Below, in pieces: positions 1 through 5,290 of a stretch of DNA of 5,332 nt. The number at the start of each line of letters is the position of its first letter. The first letter of the stretch is position 1. Made by a program: the position numbers and the translations under genes. Location: positions 1-5,332 of IMG/VR virus record IMGVR_UViG_2537561977_000027; one strand, written 5' to 3'. Below the pieces are notes generated by a model. The model was given only the letters and a program-made list of their open reading frames with translations. It was not told where the DNA came from and searched no databases. Source of the DNA: a virus (Duplodnaviria; Heunggongvirae; Uroviricota; Caudoviricetes).

Positions 1-1005
1 TTAATCCCCCGTGGACACTGCGTGGACACTCACGCCACCTTTCAGCGGATTAAGGGCCACCGCATCCTGCAGGTAATCCGGTGCAAAATGTGCATATGCC
101 ATTGTTTGCTGAATGGTTGCGTGGCCAAGAATCTTCTGAAGCGCAATAATGTTTCCTCCGTTCATCACAAAATGGCTGGCGAACGTATGCCGCAGCACAT
201 GTGCAGCCTGGCCTTTTGGTAAATCGGGCTTAACTCTTTTCAGCGCCAAGCAGAATTCCCGGTACTTCACCTCAAACAAGCCGCCTGTTTCTCTGGTTTT
301 GATCGCCTCACAAACTGCCTGCGAAATTGGCACTGTTCTCTTTCGGCCATTTTTGGTTTCAAGAAACGTTACACGGTTATGAACTATCTGTTCACCACGA
401 AGCTTACAAGCTTCACTCCAGCGCGCCCCTGTGCTTAAACACAAAAGCGCAACACGCCAGTAGTCGCCCTCCAGTGTATCGAGCAATAGCGCTACTTCCT
501 TCTGGGACAGAAAAGCCATTTCTCGTGGGGATACATAAAGAATAGAAATCCCCCTTACCGGATGCTCTGCATCCCAGAGGCCTATTTTCTTCAGTACGGT
601 AAACATTCCGGATAACCGATTCATGTATCTGTTAGCAGATGACGGTTTCAATCCATCAGCTATCTTTTGAGAACGCCACGCGATAATTTTCAGCTTATCA
701 AGATCCACAGCCTGCATATCAGCGCCAAGCTCATTGATTATGTTGCGCAGTTGTTTTCGGTCTTCTTCCGCCTTACGCCTGTGCTGGCCGTGATACATCC
801 ACCACAACTCAAGCAAATCATTTAGCGTTCGACGATCACGGTAGCCCTGTATATATTCCCGCTTTTCAGCGTTCGCCATGATGTAGCGTTCAGTGGCCAC
901 CGCTACCGATTTTTTGTCAAATACCTTACGCACGCGCTTTCCCTTGCGTCCGTTCGGCCTGATGTCCAGCAAATAACGACCATCTTCGAGCTTCTTAATT
1001 GACAT
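1..1005 (-). CDS. int: Tyrosine-type site-specific integrase, P2 Int-like (complete, 334 aa)
   Basis: Long minus-strand ORF. Tyrosine-recombinase catalytic residues are visible in order: R in TGARWSEA, H-x-x-R in HVLRHTFASH, and Y in QTMAYAHF. The N-terminus MSIKKLEDGRY and C-terminus SVHAVSTGD resemble P2 Int as I remember it. The ORF-track start at 1020 is a TTG; the in-frame ATG at 1005-1003 has GGAGGG about 7 nt upstream and is the more likely start. Stop TAA is the reverse complement of positions 1-3. Confidence 0.9.
   Translation of the reverse strand: MSIKKLEDGRYLLDIRPNGRKGKRVRKVFDKKSVAVATERYIMANAEKREYIQGYRDRRTLNDLLELWWMYHGQHRRKAEEDRKQLRNIINELGADMQAVDLDKLKIIAWRSQKIADGLKPSSANRYMNRLSGMFTVLKKIGLWDAEHPVRGISILYVSPREMAFLSQKEVALLLDTLEGDYWRVALLCLSTGARWSEACKLRGEQIVHNRVTFLETKNGRKRTVPISQAVCEAIKTRETGGLFEVKYREFCLALKRVKPDLPKGQAAHVLRHTFASHFVMNGGNIIALQKILGHATIQQTMAYAHFAPDYLQDAVALNPLKGGVSVHAVSTGD
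11..30. repeat. Direct repeat GTGGACACT x2 (11-19 and 22-30) inside the integrase 3' end; possible Int arm-type binding site
   Basis: Exact 9-bp direct repeat read from the sequence, 11 bp centre to centre, at the int 3' end where the phage attachment site is expected just beyond the window edge. It also encodes a peptide repeat (SVH/VST), so it could be purely coding. Confidence 0.3.
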
Positions 1006-1101
1006 TGCGAAGCCCTCCAATGAACCGCTCTACAATTTCTCCAGCCTCTTTCCAGCAATAATCAGACCAGACAAAGAGCAGGTCTAACCAGTTTTCTGGC
1101 C

Positions 1102-1422
1102 TTAGCGGGGTGATTTTTGGTTTGTTTCGGTTGAAACCTGATCGCCCTCCGAATCGAAGAAGCCATCAAGAGAGAGAGGCGGAGCAATCTGCCCCGTCGC
1201 AGCATTAGTTTGATTAAACATCACCCAATCCGAATACTTCCGAAAACGAGGATGATTCAAAATCAGGAGTAACGTTTCTCCAGGTATCATTCTTCCCAAT
1301 ATTTCATAATTTTTGAGATTGTTTTGAGATACCCCCGTCACCTCTTCCATCTCTCTACGTGACAATCCCTCTGCCTCTCGAATCAGGCGAAGTTTTTCTC
1401 CAAGGCTTGATTTATGGATCAT
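1102..1422 (-). CDS. C: Immunity (lysogeny) repressor, P2 C-type small HTH protein (106 aa)
   Basis: Minus-strand ORF between int and the divergent cox gene. N-terminal helix-turn-helix-like segment LSRREMEEVTGVSQNNLKNYE; the C-terminal part (RFRKYSDWVMFNQTNAATGQIAPPLS) resembles P2 C as I recall it. The ORF-track start at 1440 is GTG; the ATG at 1422-1420 is preferred. Stop is the reverse complement of 1102-1104. Confidence 0.75.
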   Translation of the reverse strand: MIHKSSLGEKLRLIREAEGLSRREMEEVTGVSQNNLKNYEILGRMIPGETLLLILNHPRFRKYSDWVMFNQTNAATGQIAPPLSLDGFFDSEGDQVSTETNQKSPR

Positions 1423-1537
1423 ATGTGATCTAAACTCCACACTATTGGGTTACATGTAATACAAAACATTCAAATAGCCAAAATAAGCCTATATAAGCCA
1501 TTTTGGGCCATTTGGCCGAATTAAGGAGATTACCACA
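1423..1537. promoter_or_regulatory. Divergent promoter/operator switch region (Pc leftward for C-int, Pe rightward for cox and early genes)
   Basis: 115-bp AT-rich spacer between divergent C and cox starts. AAGGAG RBS at 1523-1528 precedes the cox ATG. Possible -10 TATATA/TATAAG at 1491-1498. I could not place the -35/-10 hexamers for either promoter with confidence. Confidence 0.6.
1471..1520. repeat. Five-unit direct-repeat array with 10-bp periodicity (candidate Cox/C operator boxes)
   Basis: Reading in 10-mers from 1471: CAAATAGCCA, AAATAAGCCT, ATATAAGCCA, TTTTGGGCCA, TTTGGCCGAA. Each has an A/T-rich half followed by (A/G)GCC(A), in helical phase. P2 Cox is established to bind arrays of direct repeats in the Pe-Pc region; assigning these particular boxes is inference. 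Confidence 0.5.
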
Positions 1538-1825
1538 ATGAGCGAATCAGAGCTTGAGGGGTTCATTCAGGTAGCACCATATCCACTTGAAGCGGTGCCA
1601 TATCAACTATTTGCCAAGATGATTGGTCGCAAAGAATCAACCGTCAGAACCATGATTGACGCTGCAAAGTTACCAACGATTGACTTTGTGAAACCAGGTT
1701 CAGTGAAGACGCGAGCATCAGAAAACTGGGTATATCTGCCAGCATTTAACGCAGGTATGCGCAAAGCGTTTTTTGATCAGCCGAAAGAACGCCGCGATGC
1801 ATGGTTGTTGTGGCTGGGGCTTTAA
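1538..1825 (+). CDS. cox: Cox-like excisionase / early-promoter regulator (95 aa)
   Basis: First gene divergent from the repressor, with a strong RBS. The motifs PYQLFAKMIG, VRTMIDAAKLP, WVYLPAFNAG and a C-terminal WLLWLGL match my memory of P2 Cox. Confidence 0.8.
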   Translation: MSESELEGFIQVAPYPLEAVPYQLFAKMIGRKESTVRTMIDAAKLPTIDFVKPGSVKTRASENWVYLPAFNAGMRKAFFDQPKERRDAWLLWLGL

Positions 1826-1831
1826 TCATAA

Positions 1832-2038
1832 ATGACCAGCAATATCATCAGCGCCATTTTGAGCCTTGTGTACCTGGAAGTGGGAGTAATAGCGATTTAT
1901 CTGCTTAACAAGCTAACAGGGCAAAAAAAGCGCTTTATTGTTCTCAACGTTCATTACCTCGCCGCCTATACCAGAGGTCTTTTTCCGACCACTATTGGCG
2001 CGGTTCTCATAGCGTTTGTTATTTGGCTCATTGGGTAG
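1832..2038 (+). CDS. Small hydrophobic protein with two predicted transmembrane helices (68 aa), function unknown
   Basis: ATG at 1832, 6 nt after the cox stop. Two hydrophobic stretches (IISAILSLVYLEVGVIAIYLL and TIGAVLIAFVIWLIG) separated by a basic loop (GQKKRF). RBS is weak (GGGG about 12 nt upstream), so it may depend on coupling to cox. Confidence 0.55.
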   Translation: MTSNIISAILSLVYLEVGVIAIYLLNKLTGQKKRFIVLNVHYLAAYTRGLFPTTIGAVLIAFVIWLIG

Positions 2039-2142
2039 AGGCACAAAAAATGAATAAGCAACAGCAAAACAGCGAACCCCATCACATGAGGTTTCGCCGT
2101 AGATACTTCAAAAATGGACGTTATGTAGGATGCATCAATCGA

Positions 2143-2583
2143 TTAGCCAAACAAGTGTTTAAAAGCAAAGGAGATACCTGTGGTAAGCGCAGATGAGGCG
2201 GTGCTTTTTATTGCATCTATCGCCCCACTCTTGGTTGCATCGACAAGTTTATCTCCAAGCGATTGCTTAAGTGACTCTGGATCAAGTTTCAATAATTCAA
2301 GTCCTTTAGCCGTAAGTACCGCCTTATCGAAACTTTCAAAAGGAACAGCATCAGCAGATACATAACCAGCAGCAATAAGCCACTCAATGGAGTAATAACG
2401 AAGAACAAGAGCTTCATGTTTTTGCTTTCTGACCGCCGGGTCCTTCTCTTCAAACGTTGGAGCGGAAACACCGGTTAAAGCACAAACATCAATGGTTACT
2501 TTTCGGGGAAATGACTCATAAAGAAACGCAAAAGTTTTACCAACAGTTTCATTAAAAACATCAATATTTGAAGGTGTTGCCAT
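2143..2583 (-). CDS. Hypothetical protein (146 aa), antisense to the early operon; soluble N-terminal domain plus Gly/Ala/Ser-rich hydrophobic C-terminal tail
   Basis: Minus-strand ORF with ATG at 2583-2581 and GAGG 6 nt upstream. Protein-like composition, whereas plus-strand frames across the same interval are S/A/L-rich junk. Local GC is visibly lower than the flanks. C-terminal tail AIDAIKSTASSALTTGISFAFKHLFG. I do not recognise the family. The ORF-track 229-aa version (to 2832) has a junk-like N-terminal extension and a non-ATG start. Confidence 0.6.
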   Translation of the reverse strand: MATPSNIDVFNETVGKTFAFLYESFPRKVTIDVCALTGVSAPTFEEKDPAVRKQKHEALVLRYYSIEWLIAAGYVSADAVPFESFDKAVLTAKGLELLKLDPESLKQSLGDKLVDATKSGAIDAIKSTASSALTTGISFAFKHLFG

Positions 2584-2791
2584 GGATAACCTCACACAGA
2601 CAAAAGAAACAGCCATAAAAGAACTATATGACGATTTACGTTCCATCATTACACAACAAAAATCAGGTCGGCTAGACCCTACACGAGCAAAAGCCGCATG
2701 GGAAGTGGCACTGGCCAACCGGGATACTGGAGTAATTAGTGAAGTTATGGCCGAAGTAATTTTTAAACTTACAAGAAACATCAGACTGTAG
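2582..2791 (+). CDS. Hypothetical small helical protein (69 aa)
   Basis: ATG at 2582 with AGGTG 6 nt upstream. Charged, helix-like composition (KETAIKELYDDLRSIITQQK). The start codon overlaps the divergent start of the minus-strand gene within CCATGG. Stop TAG at 2789-2791. Confidence 0.55.
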   Translation: MDNLTQTKETAIKELYDDLRSIITQQKSGRLDPTRAKAAWEVALANRDTGVISEVMAEVIFKLTRNIRL

Positions 2792-2820
2792 ATCTTCAAC
2801 ACATTGAGGCAAGTCGGAAT

Positions 2821-3162
2821 ATGAAACAGCAACGTAATTCACGCTTTCGTAATGGTGCTGAACGCCACGCTAACCGTTTCGCTACCAGTGCATCACGCAG
2901 TAACATCCGCTACAGCCTGAGCGAAACACACGCAACACCGGATGGCCACGCTGTAAAACAAATCGGCGAGCATGCCTGGCTGATTGAGAAAGCTGGAATC
3001 GTGGTCCACAAATGCCCACGCAATCCGTTTACCGGAAACCGCATTTTTGCATTGAGCTGCGGCGACAATCACTTCGGGCAGGATTTCACATTATACGAAG
3101 CACTTCGCACGGTTGATCGTCTGCTTCGCGGGCAAAGTTTTATTAAACAGGCTGATTTATAA
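2821..3162 (+). CDS. Hypothetical early-region protein (113 aa), basic N-terminus
   Basis: ATG at 2821; GAGG about 11 nt upstream. Single long ORF with an Arg-rich N-terminal ~30 residues. No family recognised. Confidence 0.5.
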   Translation: MKQQRNSRFRNGAERHANRFATSASRSNIRYSLSETHATPDGHAVKQIGEHAWLIEKAGIVVHKCPRNPFTGNRIFALSCGDNHFGQDFTLYEALRTVDRLLRGQSFIKQADL

Positions 3163-3172
3163 CAGGTGCTTT

Positions 3173-3451
3173 ATGACCAAAGAGCATGCACAAGGTGTAT
3201 TTATCCGTTTTATTGATTTTCGCGGTGAACTGTTATTACGCGCATCAGCCATTGACGGAGTTGTTCCATCCGAAAAAAACGCAGCTACTTACGTTTATCT
3301 GAACGGTACGCGCCTGACTGTGGAGCTTCCGTACCAGACCGTACGAGAAATCATTAGCGAAGCTGAAAAGGCACGTCAGGTTAATGGCGATGAACCCTAT
3401 ATCGAAATTATTTGTATGGATTCAGAAGCTGAAATTCAGAAAGCAGATTAA
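3173..3451 (+). CDS. Hypothetical early-region protein (92 aa)
   Basis: The ORF-track start at 3113 is TTG and overlaps the previous gene. The ATG at 3173 with AGGTG 4 nt upstream is preferred. Stop TAA at 3449-3451. Confidence 0.55.
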   Translation: MTKEHAQGVFIRFIDFRGELLLRASAIDGVVPSEKNAATYVYLNGTRLTVELPYQTVREIISEAEKARQVNGDEPYIEIICMDSEAEIQKAD

Positions 3452-3462
3452 AGGGCGTTGCG

Positions 3463-3705
3463 ATGGGCAAAGAATATAAAACTCTCATTAATAAAGCACT
3501 TGAACGATTTTATTTTCGCTTAAGTGCATCAGGCGCTCATGCTGAACGTGCAGCCCGTGACTCATTGACCAGGGCAATCCGGAGTCTGTATGACGTGGCT
3601 TTTTACGCTGATGATCTGGATGCACTTAACGAACTTTCCGAGCTAATCTGTGCCGCAGAATGCGGGGAACATATTGAACCGTATAAGCTGGGGAATATCG
3701 CATGA
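3463..3705 (+). CDS. Hypothetical early-region protein (80 aa)
   Basis: ATG at 3463, with AAGGG 7 nt upstream. Stop TGA at 3703-3705 overlaps the next start (ATGA). Confidence 0.55.
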   Translation: MGKEYKTLINKALERFYFRLSASGAHAERAARDSLTRAIRSLYDVAFYADDLDALNELSELICAAECGEHIEPYKLGNIA

Positions 3706-3815
3706 GTATATTTATCTCATGGCTTGTTCTGATTATTTCTGTGGCCTGCGCCATTGGGATTATGCGAATTATTCATTCAGTAAAAAAGATTGAACGCTTT
3801 TTCACTGGCGAATAA
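3702..3815 (+). CDS. Candidate 37-aa single-pass membrane micro-protein (MSIFISWLVLIISVACAIGIMRIIHSVKKIERFFTGE)
   Basis: Not in the ORF track (below its length cut-off); hand-translated. ATG at 3702 overlaps the upstream TGA in ATGA, suggesting translational coupling. One hydrophobic helix followed by a basic tail. GGGGA lies 6 nt upstream. Confidence 0.4.
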   Translation: MSIFISWLVLIISVACAIGIMRIIHSVKKIERFFTGE

Positions 3816-3901
3816 CAGAGCAAATAAAACCACAGGTTAAATAAGAAAATGTAAAAACAATCCGCATTCGCGGAGGTATTCGCATACGCCAAGGAGGCGT
3901 A

Positions 3902-4105
3902 ATGGCAATTAAGCATTTTCCTGTCGTTCGTTTTACCTCCAGAGGACGTGAATACGAAGTCGACGAACGCCTGATTACCACAATCGACAAACACCGTTCA
4001 GAAAAGGATGCACATCACATCTATCTCACTGACGGCACTTACTTCTGCGCCACGAATGTGGTGCAGGTGAACCTTATCCGACAGGTACAGGAGTCACGCA
4101 GATGA
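3902..4105 (+). CDS. Hypothetical early-region protein (67 aa)
   Basis: ATG at 3902 with strong AAGGAGG at 3889-3895. Stop TGA overlaps the next start (ATGA at 4102-4105). Confidence 0.6.
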   Translation: MAIKHFPVVRFTSRGREYEVDERLITTIDKHRSEKDAHHIYLTDGTYFCATNVVQVNLIRQVQESRR

Positions 4106-4368
4106 CCATTCTGGACTACATCGCTACCCATCCGGGTTGTAGCGGCGGAGAAATCGCCGCAGCACTGAATACCCTAACCACAGCCATCAATGCTGAGTTA
4201 CGCCGACTCTGGCGCGGCGGCTTAGTCATCAGAACAAACCGCAGCACAGGTGGGCGCGCTCGCAAAGCAGGAGGCCAGGCTTCTTACCACGTAAACCCGA
4301 TGCCGTTCGGGTGTAGCAATCCACTTACTCACATGTTTAACCAGCTACTGAAGGAAACCAGAGCATGA
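4102..4368 (+). CDS. Putative winged-helix DNA-binding protein (88 aa)
   Basis: ATG at 4102 with CAGGAG 8 nt upstream. Pattern LDYIATHPGCSGGEIAAAL...LRRLWRGGLVIR followed by a Gly/Arg-rich wing-like segment (TNRSTGGRARKAGG), typical of wHTH regulators. Fold assignment is inference. Confidence 0.5.
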   Translation: MTILDYIATHPGCSGGEIAAALNTLTTAINAELRRLWRGGLVIRTNRSTGGRARKAGGQASYHVNPMPFGCSNPLTHMFNQLLKETRA

Positions 4369-4664
4369 GCACCATCAATCACCAGAAGCTACGCGAACTG
4401 GCATTTGCCCTGCAACGAATGGCAACGCCTCAAAAATTACTGGCATTTCGCGCAATGCTCTCGCCGTCTGCTGTGCTGGCACTGCTGGATGAGCTGGAGC
4501 ACGCCAGAACCACGGCTCCTGCCATTCGCCTGACACTCCATCATGAAATCGCTGATTTCTGTGCGACGTTGGAGGCGCCAGGCGAACCGGAAACGCCGGA
4601 AGCAATACAGCAAGAGCTGCTGCAACGCATTGACAAGGTTTTTGATTTTTTTCTGAACCAGTAA
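4365..4664 (+). CDS. Hypothetical early-region protein (99 aa), acidic helical
   Basis: ATG at 4365 overlaps the upstream stop (ATGA); AAGGA about 9 nt upstream. Last gene before the structured non-coding region. Confidence 0.55.
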   Translation: MSTINHQKLRELAFALQRMATPQKLLAFRAMLSPSAVLALLDELEHARTTAPAIRLTLHHEIADFCATLEAPGEPETPEAIQQELLQRIDKVFDFFLNQ

Positions 4665-4780
4665 GAAACCAGAACATGTACACACAAAAAACCGCTTGCC
4701 ATGCCGCAATCAGTCAGGTTACATTTCCGTTGCATCTCATAAAACGGGGGCCGGGTTTCGCAGCCTGCTGATCAACAAAG

Positions 4781-4810
4781 CGCACAACCGCGCCAGCGGT
4801 TTTTTGTGCG
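4781..4810 (+). terminator. Intrinsic-terminator-like hairpin followed by a T-run
   Basis: Inner stem AACCGC (4786-4791) / GCGGTT (4796-4801) with loop GCCA, then TTTT (4802-4805). Outer arms CGCACA (4781-4786) / TGTGCG (4805-4810) can extend the helix across a T bulge. A second T-run of six follows at 4828-4833. Confidence 0.45.
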
Positions 4811-4861
4811 TACCGCATTGCCGCACATTTTTTCGCATCAGAATTATGGTGGGGCGTACGG

Positions 4862-4891
4862 GGCCGACTTCGGTCGGGCCGGGTTTTCTTT
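4862..4891 (+). terminator. GC-rich hairpin with TTCG tetraloop followed by a U-rich tract
   Basis: GGCCGAC (4862-4868), loop TTCG, GTCGGGCC (4873-4880) with one bulge, then GGGTTTTCTTTG. The interrupted U-tract makes terminator function uncertain; it could instead be a stable RNA structural element. Confidence 0.35.
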
Positions 4892-4987
4892 GTTGACCGG
4901 TACTGCGAACCTCGTACGTCTCGCCACCCACAGTTTCGCAGCTCTGGATGGTGAGTATTCAAAACTTACCAACAAAGAGGCCATACC

Positions 4988-5218
4988 ATGGCAAACCGCA
5001 AACAGCACCGCGCTATCGCGGAGCGTCGTCACATCCAGACTGAAATCAACCGCAGACTTTCCCGCGCATCACGCGTCGCGCAAATCATGCACATCAATAT
5101 GCTGCATGAGCGCAGCCACGCACTATCAAACATTTATTCCGCCTCTGTTTTCAGCTATCTGGCGGATGATCTGCACGAGCTTCAACAGCTCATCCAGCAG
5201 CAAAACAAACTCCATTAA
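4988..5218 (+). CDS. Hypothetical small basic/helical protein (76 aa)
   Basis: ATG at 4988 with AAGAGG at 4974-4979. Arg-rich N-terminus (MANRKQHRAIAERRHIQTEINRRLSRASR), no cysteines. First gene after the structured region. No family recognised. Confidence 0.5.
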   Translation: MANRKQHRAIAERRHIQTEINRRLSRASRVAQIMHINMLHERSHALSNIYSASVFSYLADDLHELQQLIQQQNKLH

Positions 5219-5290
5219 TTCCTGTTCCGGGCCTTTCCTGCACCTTGCGGCGGGAGGCCTTCGCACATCTGTAACAAGAGGATTGCCGCA

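Noticed and set aside
22-545. Three plus-strand ORFs (66, 77 and 72 aa) inside the integrase gene
   Set aside because: They are antisense to a confidently identified integrase and have Cys/His-rich junk composition.
1064-1085. Short inverted repeat AGACC / GGTCT in the int-C intergenic spacer
   Set aside because: Only a 5-bp stem with a 12-nt loop and no adjacent T-run; indistinguishable from chance.
2180-2471. Plus-strand 61-aa ORF (2180-2365) and minus-strand 60-aa ORF (2289-2471) inside the 146-aa gene region
   Set aside because: Alternative-frame artefacts with S/A/L-rich or L/K-rich low-complexity translations.
2143-2832. Full 229-aa minus-strand ORF from the ORF track
   Set aside because: The first ~83 residues (MLFHIPTCLNVLKIYSLMFLVSLKITSAITS...) are S/L-rich, typical of the antisense frame of a real gene, and the start is not ATG. 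The plus-strand 69-aa ORF over the same bases is protein-like with a good RBS. I kept only the 146-aa core from ATG 2583.
3773-3994. Minus-strand ORFs of 73 and 62 aa
   Set aside because: They overlap the plus-strand 67-aa gene (strong RBS) and the 37-aa coupled ORF, and have no RBS or protein-like composition.
4696-4896. Plus-strand 66-aa ORF inside the structured region
   Set aside because: No RBS and Arg/Gly/Cys-rich composition; the span contains the terminator-like hairpins, so it is more plausibly non-coding.
4375-4962. Four minus-strand ORFs (102, 90, 64 and 82 aa) and one at 4737-4931
   Set aside because: They are antisense to the 99-aa gene or lie in the GC-rich structured region; Arg/Cys/Gly-rich composition is typical of GC-driven spurious frames, and none has a convincing RBS.
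4665-4987. Retron msr-msd, tRNA, or type III toxIN-like repeat RNA
   Set aside because: No reverse-transcriptase-sized ORF follows (the next gene is 76 aa). I saw no tRNA T-loop (GTTCRA) or cloverleaf, and the repeats are dispersed, not tandem. It remains an unclassified structured region.
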